The notes below the pieces were generated by a model. The model had not been told where the DNA came from. It saw nothing but the letters and a program-made list of their open reading frames with translations, and made no database searches. Of a stretch of DNA of 37,579 bases, positions 8,121 through 16,704 are shown piece after piece. The stretch's first letter is position 1, and every line of letters starts with the position of its first letter. This stretch comes from a virus (lineage: Duplodnaviria > Caudoviricetes), in the IMG/VR virus record IMGVR_UViG_3300044513_000293, positions 1 through 37,579 of that record, one strand, 5' to 3'. Made by a program: the position numbers and the translations under genes.

Positions 8121-8552
8121 TTATTCAGCAACACTAGTCTTTTTACCAATATTATACTTGGTCTCTAAGTTCCACTCGTGCTTATCTTTAAATGACAAAA
8201 CTTTGATTTGATTGAGAGGAGCAATGTCTCTAATACTATCAACAGTCTTTACAGTTACAAGCCCCCAGTCAACCAGGAGTTGAGTAATTCTGTTTCTACG
8301 CTGAACATCGTTGATTGTAAGATTTGCTTTCTTACCATCAAGGGCAAAGAGTTCTTTAAAGTGAACAATGAAATATCTGCCTTGCTTGTGCAGGATGTGA
8401 CAAGACTGATATAGTTTTTTCTCTTTGCGAGATGCTACTCCAATTCTGGTTAGTGTTTCTCTGACCTTCAAGAAATCATCGGGTTCATTCAAAAAAACTT
8501 CAACCATCTTATCAGGTGCCCAGAGGTATTCGGGCTCAGTCACAACGGACAT
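8121..8552 (-). CDS. regA: Translational repressor RegA
   Basis: DFLKVRETLTRIGVAS, LYQSCHILHKQGRYFIVHFKELF; follows gp62 as in T4. Confidence 0.97.
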   Translation of the reverse strand: MSVVTEPEYLWAPDKMVEVFLNEPDDFLKVRETLTRIGVASRKEKKLYQSCHILHKQGRYFIVHFKELFALDGKKANLTINDVQRRNRITQLLVDWGLVTVKTVDSIRDIAPLNQIKVLSFKDKHEWNLETKYNIGKKTSVAE

Positions 8553-8932
8553 TATTTTACTCCTCCAGTATCAAATTTCAATCTAATGTATTCAAGTTGG
8601 TCTTTAGTTAAGATTTTCAGTGCCTGTTCGGCCTTACTATTACTGTAGTTATAGTATTTTTTGACGAGTTCGAGGTCTTTGATCTTATCTTTTTTTAACC
8701 AGGGTGAGAATCTTTTTCTCTTTCTCACAATATTTAGATAAAACTTATACTGTAGGTACTTATCCAGGCCATGACTGATATTCATCTCATTGGCAAGCAT
8801 GACAGTATCCATGTGGCCACCCATACATTTGTTGATGATGAATGGTGCATACTTCTTAATAGCCTCAGGATCCTCCTCAGTCAGATCCTGCTTGTTCAAG
8901 TTGATCGAGTTTAACCAGTCTTTCAGTTCCAA
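8552..8932 (-). CDS. gp62: Clamp loader small subunit (T4 gp62)
   Basis: WLNSIN, ANEMN, RKRKRFSPW, YYNYSNSKA; position upstream of regA. TTG start. Confidence 0.92.
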   Translation of the reverse strand: MELKDWLNSINLNKQDLTEEDPEAIKKYAPFIINKCMGGHMDTVMLANEMNISHGLDKYLQYKFYLNIVRKRKRFSPWLKKDKIKDLELVKKYYNYSNSKAEQALKILTKDQLEYIRLKFDTGGVK

Positions 8933-9138
8933 TGTCGAATCACTCCGCTAATAATGAAACAATTAGTGACAAGATAAGAAAGGAATATAAGACTCCGTAT
9001 GCAAGCCACTGTGTCCGCTTCTCGGTTGTCACTTCCCTGCTTCTCCCCTAGTGCTTTTGCCCAGACTCTCCATATACGTTTTCTTCTCCTCACAGGTCTT
9101 TTAGTTTGATTTGGTTTTGGGTGGTAATAAACATTCAT
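8923..9138 (-). CDS. Small hypothetical membrane protein
   Basis: 71 aa; basic N-terminus, WAKALGEK...EAD, one hydrophobic segment; overlaps both neighbours. Confidence 0.7.
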   Translation of the reverse strand: MNVYYHPKPNQTKRPVRRRKRIWRVWAKALGEKQGSDNREADTVACIRSLIFLSYLVTNCFIISGVIRHWN

Positions 9139-9278
9139 TTGAAAACTGCCGTAACGCCAACTACTTGTGCGCCAGGGTTTCGTGCTAATGCCACTTGTCT
9201 AGCATCTTGATAATCGCGGGCGATTACTGTTTCTTTGAAAACTGTTCCCGCTTTGAATAGAGTTACTTCACACTTCAT
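9135..9278 (-). CDS. Small hypothetical protein (47 aa; not in supplied ORF track)
   Basis: MKCEVTLFKAGTVFKETVIARDYQDARQVALARNPGAQVVGVTAVFK; ATGA overlaps at both ends fill the gap exactly. Confidence 0.8.
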   Translation of the reverse strand: MKCEVTLFKAGTVFKETVIARDYQDARQVALARNPGAQVVGVTAVFK

Positions 9279-10396
9279 CGGATGATGTCAATGTCAGCAC
9301 CTTTTGTCCAGATCTCTGGTTCAGTTCGGAGTCTTCCCTCACTGACCAACTTGTTATATCGCTTGGTTGCTTTCTTCTTCCAGATAGCGATCAAGTTATC
9401 GAGTTTGTAATCATCGTATCTAGGGCCCTTTACAGGAACTGTCTCTTTGCCCGACAGTATTTCCCTAACATTTGAATATCCGTAGTCGCAGATATAGAAT
9501 CTCTTCTGCTGAGTAAGTGTCTTAGCACGATCCATCACTTCAGAGAACGTCTTTAACTTCTCAGTGTCCTCAAGACTATTCTTGATGATGGAAACCATTC
9601 GATTCTGACGCTTCAGCTTTTTACTGGATGCTGTATCAAGCGTCAGTTTCTTGTTGTTATTCCTGACTATGAAATATTTATGCATCCGATGAAATTCGGT
9701 GTCATGCATAAGTGGTGTAAAGTCAGAAACAGTGTCTCCAATGTGCCTGAGGAAGGGTTTGAGTCCATCGTACTGTGAGACCCCCTTAGCAGTCCCGTAG
9801 AGCGACGTTGTTTCAAACCAGCAGATATCCTTCTGGAATCGACTAGAGACCGCTTCACGGGCGAAATGAGAGGCACACATGAGCGCCAGAAGTTTACCAC
9901 CCAGATAGTTGAATCCGAAGGGCTGAGTGGGTACGATGATGAACCCCATGCAAGCATGGCGGTTGAAGATCTCAAGGTCTGGTGCTCCACCAAGATAAAT
10001 GTTCCTTGGTTTAGAGTTGATCGTGGGGGATCCAAAGCGGATAAATCCCACAAACTTACCAGTATTCTTCTCCATCACGACCCACTTCAGTTCCCTACCA
10101 GGGATGCTGTCCTCAATGACGTGAGAGGCCACAACACCCAAGAGTTCGGAGAAGTAATCATTATCCAGACCACCAGTACCAACTGGAATAATCTGAAAGT
10201 CCATGTCCTCTGGAGACATAGAGAAGTCTGAAAAGAAAGCATCCTCCAGTTTCTCATCAAAAAGAGTAGGGGTGATATTACTCACCCTATCCATCTTTAC
10301 AGAACGGAAGTAATTCTCAATCTGGTCAATGTCTTGGAAGTATGCGATGAACTGGTCTGCAGCCCATACAGCATCTTCTGGAGTCAACTTCATCAC
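9275..10396 (-). CDS. DUF4338 / Druantia DruA-like protein
   Basis: PGRELKWVV..GKFVGFIRFGSP, YLGGKLLAL, ETTSLYG..SQYDGL resemble recalled DUF4338 motifs (GR.LR.LV, LGGKL.A, TTS..G..S.Y..L). Confidence 0.65.
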   Translation of the reverse strand: MMKLTPEDAVWAADQFIAYFQDIDQIENYFRSVKMDRVSNITPTLFDEKLEDAFFSDFSMSPEDMDFQIIPVGTGGLDNDYFSELLGVVASHVIEDSIPGRELKWVVMEKNTGKFVGFIRFGSPTINSKPRNIYLGGAPDLEIFNRHACMGFIIVPTQPFGFNYLGGKLLALMCASHFAREAVSSRFQKDICWFETTSLYGTAKGVSQYDGLKPFLRHIGDTVSDFTPLMHDTEFHRMHKYFIVRNNNKKLTLDTASSKKLKRQNRMVSIIKNSLEDTEKLKTFSEVMDRAKTLTQQKRFYICDYGYSNVREILSGKETVPVKGPRYDDYKLDNLIAIWKKKATKRYNKLVSEGRLRTEPEIWTKGADIDIIR

Positions 10397-11349
10397 TTAA
10401 ACTCACACTCACACATGATCTCAGTCAGCGCAGCGAGGATATTAATTTCCTGATCTGCCGCGAAAGCCATTTGATACTGGTACTTTGCAATAATAAGAAC
10501 TGCTGCAGCAAGACTAGGACCATCAACACTGGTACTAAGGCCATCCCAAACACGGCGAAGAAGAGGGCCTGGATCATTATCAAGATTAGACACAACCCAC
10601 TTGCGAACAGCAGTAAAGTCTTTACTAGCGAGTTTCTTAATAAGGTCATCAACGGACGCATCCGAGAAGGACGCGAGGATGCCAGAGTCAATTTTTCCAA
10701 CACTCGCGTATCGTTGACACTCATTTAGGACTCTCCTCCAGTCTGGGAAGTGTTTTTGGACAAGTTCAGCAAGTACTCTTTGATCGAATCCGACGCCCTC
10801 CGCATCCAAGATGTCCTGTAGACGCTTGAAGAAGGATCCTGCCAACTGGGCTTTCTCTTTGCCTTTGACTCCAAACTCAACAACGGCACATCGCGAGTGG
10901 AGGGGTTCAATGATGCGATTCTTGAAGTTACAGGTGAAGATGAATCTACAGTTTTTACTAAACTCCTCAATAGACGCCCGTAGGAGGAGTTGTACGTCGT
11001 TGGTTGTGTTATCTGCCTCATCAATGATGATGACTTTGTGTCGAGCAGACGACGTAAGTGAGACGGTCGAAGCGAAGTTCTTCGCATTGTTTCGGACAGT
11101 ATCGAGGAATCGACCCTCATCGGATCCGTTGATGACATAATAATCTGCTCCAAGTTGATTGCAGAGTGCCTTAGCAATCGTAGTCTTACCGATGCCAGGA
11201 GGGCCACTCAAAAGTAGGTTAGGGATCTCTCCCTTAGAAAGAAATCCCTTGAAAACTTCTTTAGTTGCATCAGGAAGAATGCAATCTTCTACAGTCTTGG
11301 GTCGATACTTCTCAACCCAGAGAAATTCATCACCACTCATTTCAATCAT
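10393..11349 (-). CDS. gp44: Clamp loader large subunit (T4 gp44)
   Basis: WVEKYRP, GPPGIGKT, IIDEAD, SRC motif. Alternative start at 11340. Confidence 0.97.
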   Translation of the reverse strand: MIEMSGDEFLWVEKYRPKTVEDCILPDATKEVFKGFLSKGEIPNLLLSGPPGIGKTTIAKALCNQLGADYYVINGSDEGRFLDTVRNNAKNFASTVSLTSSARHKVIIIDEADNTTNDVQLLLRASIEEFSKNCRFIFTCNFKNRIIEPLHSRCAVVEFGVKGKEKAQLAGSFFKRLQDILDAEGVGFDQRVLAELVQKHFPDWRRVLNECQRYASVGKIDSGILASFSDASVDDLIKKLASKDFTAVRKWVVSNLDNDPGPLLRRVWDGLSTSVDGPSLAAAVLIIAKYQYQMAFAADQEINILAALTEIMCECEFK

Positions 11350-11681
11350 TCCAAAGGACGGACAAATTCGTTCGATACCAAGTCATTGGCATCAAACATT
11401 TCATACATGTATGTTACACCAGCGCGGGGTTCTGTGTGCTCCCCGCAGGTAAAAACGTCACAAACTGCCATACCGATTTCTGGCCAGGTATGAATGCTGA
11501 TATGCGATTCTGCAAGAAGAGCAACAGCAGTGACACCCTGAGGGTCAAACTTATGAGAAGAAACATTCAACAATGTGCTTTTACACAGATGTGCTGCATG
11601 TACTAATACGTTACGGATGTGAGCCTCATCATCCAAAAGTCCATAAGAGCAACCTTTCAAGGTAAAAAGAATATGTCTCAT
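11346..11681 (-). CDS. speD: Pyruvoyl-dependent S-adenosylmethionine decarboxylase-family proenzyme
   Basis: KFDPQGVT, LAESHISIHTWPE (E-S cleavage site), DVFTCG. Confidence 0.92.
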   Translation of the reverse strand: MRHILFTLKGCSYGLLDDEAHIRNVLVHAAHLCKSTLLNVSSHKFDPQGVTAVALLAESHISIHTWPEIGMAVCDVFTCGEHTEPRAGVTYMYEMFDANDLVSNEFVRPLE

Positions 11682-12211
11682 TATAAAATCCAGTCAGGTT
11701 TTCGTTCTGGAATACGGAGGTAGTTATCCTTAACCCAGGGTTTTGACGCGATATACTTTTTGTATGCAGTGAAAGTGTCGATGCTTTGATCATTTTTCCA
11801 CTCAACTGGCATAGCACGGGCAAAAGGGGTGGGTTCTTTTCCAGAACGTCCTGTTGGATCACCTGTTGGGAAAATTTGTTTTGCCACAACAAGAGTCTTG
11901 AGACAGGAATGTACTTTCCTATACCTGTTAGAATACTCTTCGCAAAGAGCAAGACCATGAGCAATTAACCACTGCCAATTTAGAACAAAACTACCAGCCC
12001 AAACTGTACATGGATGGTTACGAAACGCTCCCTTTTCAGTGTTGTAGGGAGTTCCGTCTACTCTAGGTAAAGTTCCAAATCCATGACCCCATTTGTCAGA
12101 TGCAATAATAGAAAGCATCTGACAGGTCTCCAAAGGCATCTTGACAATATGTTTGTCAGGAAGCACAATGGCAGACTTATATGGAGATGGATCAGTTACA
12201 AAGATGTTCAC
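11681..12211 (-). CDS. Pyrimidine dimer DNA glycosylase / endonuclease V-like family protein
   Basis: MNIF...DKHIVKMPLETCQML, NHPCTVWA, LCEEYSNRY...HSC motifs. Confidence 0.7.
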   Translation of the reverse strand: MNIFVTDPSPYKSAIVLPDKHIVKMPLETCQMLSIIASDKWGHGFGTLPRVDGTPYNTEKGAFRNHPCTVWAGSFVLNWQWLIAHGLALCEEYSNRYRKVHSCLKTLVVAKQIFPTGDPTGRSGKEPTPFARAMPVEWKNDQSIDTFTAYKKYIASKPWVKDNYLRIPERKPDWIL

Positions 12212-12885
12212 TCTTCAAACTCAAAGTCGGGTTCAAGTGCAATGTAGTAACGAACGGCCCCAGATGAGGTAGACCACTTCGACAGAAGTTTGCGACTAAT
12301 GATTACATCATAGTCACCATTGATCAGTTTGATATTCTCCAGTTTGAAGTTGAAGGAGAACTTCTTATCAGTTTCACCGACAGGGAAACCGAAATCATTA
12401 GAACTATCGGTTTTTCGATCATGGATCTTGACCACGACCTTCTCACCGTCACCAACAATCGAGAAGTCAGGCAAATTCAAAATTGCAGCCGACTGCTTCA
12501 GTTTGGTCAGTTGATGTTGAGTAATGCGGAAACTTACATCTTCAGTAGGAAGACTAAGGTTCTTATCTGGGGGAGAGATAATAACGGAAGGATCCGCGAA
12601 GAAGTAATTGGTTTTGTTGCGACCATCAGAAATAGTCACAAACTTTTCGTTGTCAAACTTGAGTTCACTGTCCTCAATACCATGAACAACGCGAACCAGA
12701 TTCAGAAACTGACTGAGATCATAGATTGCGAAGTCGTTGGAGAAGTCCTCGTCAACGTCAGCCTCTGCAAGGATGTTCTTCATCACAGAGATGGTGCGGA
12801 GTTTGTTACCTTCCTTGACATGAATCGACTGATTGATACCAGAGAAATTGTCAAGAATGTCAAAAGTGGTCTTAGAAAGTTTCAT
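12208..12885 (-). CDS. gp45: Sliding clamp (T4 gp45)
   Basis: True start likely MKLSKTT at 12885; NFSGINQSI, FAIYDLSQFL, YYIALE; lies upstream of gp44. Confidence 0.95.
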   Translation of the reverse strand: MKLSKTTFDILDNFSGINQSIHVKEGNKLRTISVMKNILAEADVDEDFSNDFAIYDLSQFLNLVRVVHGIEDSELKFDNEKFVTISDGRNKTNYFFADPSVIISPPDKNLSLPTEDVSFRITQHQLTKLKQSAAILNLPDFSIVGDGEKVVVKIHDRKTDSSNDFGFPVGETDKKFSFNFKLENIKLINGDYDVIISRKLLSKWSTSSGAVRYYIALEPDFEFEE

Positions 12886-13330
12886 AGCCTCGTGCATCAG
12901 TAATCTGGTCCCTGTTGGTAAAGTGGTAAAGAAGAACAGCGTAATGGATAATCTTCTTGATATCCATTTTAGCACATCCCTTCTTATCGTAGCGGGATGC
13001 GTATTTAAGAATGTTACTGCGACAGAAGGCAGCAGCATCTCCACATGAATCAATTAGATCAAGAGTCTGGATTCCACCACTTGCATAGTGGGCCCGATAG
13101 GTATTGGTAATGTAATCCTGAATCTCTTGGAGGACTTTATCCTCATCGTATTTGTAAATGGATCTTGGATCACTGAGTTTAATCTCCTGAGCGGCTGGAT
13201 AACGCTCTGCTCCATATCCACCCTCGGGAGTCCATTCATAACCCCCAGTTTCTCTAACCCATTTCTCGCCAGTAGCGGTGTACTGTTCGTCCATGTTCAG
13301 TTCATCATAAAGCATACTCCATGCATTCAT
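12872..13330 (-). CDS. DUF3310-like protein (family includes T7 gp1.7-type nucleotide kinase)
   Basis: HY..GGIQTLDLI, FCRSNILKYASRYDKKG..DIKKIIHY pattern. Confidence 0.65.
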   Translation of the reverse strand: MNAWSMLYDELNMDEQYTATGEKWVRETGGYEWTPEGGYGAERYPAAQEIKLSDPRSIYKYDEDKVLQEIQDYITNTYRAHYASGGIQTLDLIDSCGDAAAFCRSNILKYASRYDKKGCAKMDIKKIIHYAVLLYHFTNRDQITDARGYETF

Positions 13331-13334
13331 TCTA

Positions 13335-14399
13335 TCACTCCTCCTTCAAAAGGTCAACATCTGCATCAACCTTATCATAAAGGTCAACAAATGCTTGCTT
13401 AGTGTCATCATCAAAACGATTCAGGCAGGTGCGAATTGCTTTGATCTTGTCTCCAAAGATGGCATAAGCACGGATGATATGGACCAGGCGGCGGGTGCTG
13501 ATCACTTCATCGACACCACCATCATAGAAGGTCTTGCGGATCAGTTGAGCCCAGTCAGCAAGATTCTTACAGAAACTAGTGTCGTCACAAAGACGAGTAA
13601 GGATCTTAACCTCAGTGGTGGGAGTAGGATACTCCTGCTCAAGAGTAATGGCAAAACGCTCAAGGAACGCTTCGTTCAGAACGTTTGTACCAATGAAGCG
13701 GCCGTCTTCGCTACCCTTACCCTTGGTATTGGCAGTGGCAAAGATCTGGAACCCTTCAACAGGTTTCACATACTCACCAGTCTTCTTCAGGAAGACACCC
13801 TTGCCCTCAAGGATAGATTGTAGACACAGGATCTTGTTAGAAGCAAGGTCAACTTCATCTAGAAGCAGCACAGCTCCACGTTGAAGAGCCTCCACGACGG
13901 GTCCATTATGCCAGACAGTTTCACCATTAACAAGACGAAACCCACCAACAAGATCATCCTCGTCAGTTTCAATTGTGATATTGACGCGAATCAACTCCCT
14001 ATTTAGGGAAGCACACGCTTGCTCAACACCAAAGGTCTTACCGTTACCAGACAGACCAGTAATAAAGGTGGGGTAAAAAATACGAGACTGAATGATTTTC
14101 TTTACATCAGAAAAGTTCCCGAACGGGATAAAGGTGTCATCTTTTTCTGGAATCAAGTTCTGTTGTTCCCGAACGGTAACAGGGATTGCGGATGGTGCCT
14201 GATAGGTTTGCTCAAGGCGCTCACTGACAGTCAAGTCCCACTTGCCACGCTTGACCTTGTACTGCTCAAGGTGTTTGGTAACAGTAGGATAACTAATATC
14301 GTTTTGAGCGCAGAAAGCACGAACGTCAGCCGTGCTGATTTTGTTCCCATACAGATCGCGCAAAGACTCAACAATAGACATCGTGGACAGGCGGGGCAT
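13335..14399 (-). CDS. MoxR-clade AAA+ ATPase (often labelled CobS-like)
   Basis: GLSGNGKT, LLLDEVD, ATANTKG, LNEAFLERF, ISTRRL; extra ~70 aa N-terminal domain. Confidence 0.9.
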   Translation of the reverse strand: MPRLSTMSIVESLRDLYGNKISTADVRAFCAQNDISYPTVTKHLEQYKVKRGKWDLTVSERLEQTYQAPSAIPVTVREQQNLIPEKDDTFIPFGNFSDVKKIIQSRIFYPTFITGLSGNGKTFGVEQACASLNRELIRVNITIETDEDDLVGGFRLVNGETVWHNGPVVEALQRGAVLLLDEVDLASNKILCLQSILEGKGVFLKKTGEYVKPVEGFQIFATANTKGKGSEDGRFIGTNVLNEAFLERFAITLEQEYPTPTTEVKILTRLCDDTSFCKNLADWAQLIRKTFYDGGVDEVISTRRLVHIIRAYAIFGDKIKAIRTCLNRFDDDTKQAFVDLYDKVDADVDLLKEE

Positions 14400-14423
14400 T
14401 GGAACCTCTGTTTGTATGTAGGT

Positions 14424-14480
14424 ATTATACTATGAAAAAAGCGCCCTAGGTGGGCGCAGAGGACAGTTTGGGGACTGGTC
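14424..14480 (-). promoter_or_regulatory. Promoter cassette: imperfect palindrome, GC hairpin/terminator, TATAAT
   Basis: GACCAGT-CCCCAA-ACTGTC, then 32 nt containing GCGCCC-ACCTA-GGGCGC-TTTTTT, then TATAAT (14429-14424). Confidence 0.7.
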
Positions 14481-16623
14481 AGGCAATGACTGATATGAAT
14501 TTGGAGAGAATTTTCTTGTTTGTTTTCTTCCCGCCATAGGATTTTTTGAATGATGCAAGGATCTGAGCCTTGGTTGCATTCTCCACTGGATCAAACTCTT
14601 TAGAAGATTCTAAGGAGTTACCAGAAACACCTATCATTTCACTGTAACCAAGGACAGAAGAAATACTGATAGACTTTTCCTTCACCCAAACCTTGGTGAT
14701 ATCGTTCTCAGTAAGAGATGAGATTTCCATACGGCGAACCCAACTGCGGAAGTCGCGATTCTCAAGAACACGAATACCAATCATATTCATGCCAGGGAAA
14801 CAATCACGAACATTCTGAACAAGAAGGTTAGTGATCTGCCACCAGGAACTAGGAACAGCATAGCTATTGCCAGTCTTCCTGCAGCGGAGATATCCGTTCT
14901 GCCCAATAGAGCGAGTTCCAACATACTCAGCATCATCATAAGTGCGTTTGATATTCACATGACGAGTTGAGTTGCAGGATTCACCATCAGTCAAGATAAC
15001 ACAATGCACCTTCTCGGTTTTAGTTTTCTTAACGAAGTCTGGGATAATTGTATGAAGAGATGCAATCGCTTCATTCAAAGGAGTTCCAGACAAATTAAGA
15101 CGATAAGGAATACTGTATGGAACTGACTTGTAGGTATTGTAAACTTCCATCTCCACACCAAGACGGAACATATTGCGAATATGAACGTCAAAGTCCTTGG
15201 TCTTCGTCGTGGATGACAGAATATTCAACATAGAAAATCCGTCAGGAATGGTCATGTAACCATCTTTCTTCTCACAGTGTTCGATGATAACATTACCATC
15301 ATCCATTCGATCACAAGCTCTGTGATTCCACTCATTAGTAAAAGCATAAACTTCAAAAGGAATATTGGTTTTTTTGCAGAACCAAACCAAATTGAACAAC
15401 TGCTTCAGAGTGGGGAGCATCTGGCGATGCATCGATCCAGACCAATCAAGAACAAAGATTAGACCATGATTCTTACCATCGGGGACAACAGAGATCTTCT
15501 TAAACAGATCTTCACTGTACTTGTAAGTATGAAGTTTAGACGTGTCAAGCACACCTGTCTTTGCAAATGCGGAACGCGAGTACTGATTTGCAGACTTCTT
15601 CATCTCAAATTCCTTCACGAGATAGTTGACTTCTCGCTGAGCATCTTTTTTATACGCAGCGAATTGTTTGTCAACTTCAGAGAAGGTATCACTGTAAGAA
15701 AGACCAGTATGCTCCATCTCTCGATTCCAATATCCATCAAGATACTCGTGAATGGTAGAGGCTTTGACAACCAAAGTATCAAGATTCAGTTTAGGAATCT
15801 CGAAATAGAAAGGATCTCCCCAATACTGGGACTTTTCTGAGAGGTTTTGAACTTTATCCTTGAGAGAGTCGGCAGTTTTTACTTCTCCACCGTTCTCACC
15901 ACCAGTCTCTTGAGTTTGCTGCTCAGATTGTTCGTCAATGCTCTCTTCACTTTCACTCTCACCACTCTCCGAAGAGTCACCATCACCACCATCAAAACTC
16001 TCAGAAGACTGGTTAGATTGCCCAGACTGACCATCAGTAGGACTCTCTTGCTTCTGTTCTTTGGTAGGAGTCTCTTCTCGTTCTTTCTTACCAAATTTCC
16101 ATAGTGCGATAGCGGCCTCAAGTGCATCTTGAAATGTCTCTGCCTTATCAACCATATCAACAATGACTTTCTCCTCGGCAGTAAAGTCAATGTTGATGAA
16201 AGATCCAATCTTGAAGTAGAGATTGATACGATCAGCAAGACCCATCAAGTTGACATCTTCATCTTCGATGGAAAAGAAGTCGTCATCATGCAGTTCGTTA
16301 TAACCACGATAGAAGGTCTTGGGAAGACCAGCAAAGCGGCGCTTCATCAGTTTCTCAACACGAGCATCCTCAGTCACATTGACATACTGGTGAGGAACCT
16401 CACTCTGCTTGGAGACTTCTTCATCTGGTGTGAAGAGAGCGTGACCAACCTCATGAGCCACAAGCATATCATAGACAGACTCAGACGCTTTCTGCCACAT
16501 TGGCAGAGTGAGAACCCGATTATGAACGTCAAAGGACGCGGTGTCGCACTGCTTGTGCTCAACCACAAGGTCCTCAGTAGCGAGCAGTTTAGCGAGTTGT
16601 CCCTTTACTGAGTGGTTGAACAC
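14479..16623 (-). CDS. VWA-domain protein with N-terminal HExxH metallopeptidase-like domain (often labelled CobT-like)
   Basis: AHEVGHALFT and NVTEDARVE; acidic S/E/Q/G linker; MIDAS DWSGS, SGTPL, LTDGE. GTG start. Confidence 0.88.
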   Translation of the reverse strand: MFNHSVKGQLAKLLATEDLVVEHKQCDTASFDVHNRVLTLPMWQKASESVYDMLVAHEVGHALFTPDEEVSKQSEVPHQYVNVTEDARVEKLMKRRFAGLPKTFYRGYNELHDDDFFSIEDEDVNLMGLADRINLYFKIGSFINIDFTAEEKVIVDMVDKAETFQDALEAAIALWKFGKKEREETPTKEQKQESPTDGQSGQSNQSSESFDGGDGDSSESGESESEESIDEQSEQQTQETGGENGGEVKTADSLKDKVQNLSEKSQYWGDPFYFEIPKLNLDTLVVKASTIHEYLDGYWNREMEHTGLSYSDTFSEVDKQFAAYKKDAQREVNYLVKEFEMKKSANQYSRSAFAKTGVLDTSKLHTYKYSEDLFKKISVVPDGKNHGLIFVLDWSGSMHRQMLPTLKQLFNLVWFCKKTNIPFEVYAFTNEWNHRACDRMDDGNVIIEHCEKKDGYMTIPDGFSMLNILSSTTKTKDFDVHIRNMFRLGVEMEVYNTYKSVPYSIPYRLNLSGTPLNEAIASLHTIIPDFVKKTKTEKVHCVILTDGESCNSTRHVNIKRTYDDAEYVGTRSIGQNGYLRCRKTGNSYAVPSSWWQITNLLVQNVRDCFPGMNMIGIRVLENRDFRSWVRRMEISSLTENDITKVWVKEKSISISSVLGYSEMIGVSGNSLESSKEFDPVENATKAQILASFKKSYGGKKTNKKILSKFISVIA

Positions 16624-16646
16624 GGCGCTTTCCTGAATATGACCGT

Positions 16647-16702
16647 ATTATACGACAAAACCCGCCACAGAGGGCGGGCCGTGTACCAGTTTTAAGATTG
16701 TC
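16647..16702 (-). promoter_or_regulatory. Promoter cassette, second copy of the same architecture
   Basis: GACAAT-CTTAAA-ACTGGT, then 32 nt containing CCCGCC-CTCTGT-GGCGGG-TTTT, then TATAAT (16652-16647). Confidence 0.7.
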
Positions 16703-16704
16703 TA

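Noticed and set aside
12886-13053. 56 aa N-terminal extension of gp45 in the ORF track
   Set aside because: Lies within the DUF3310-like gene; clamp similarity begins at MKLSK (12885).
15880-16080. Repeat-like low-complexity DNA in the VWA gene
   Set aside because: Encodes an acidic S/E/G/Q linker; no exact tandem unit.
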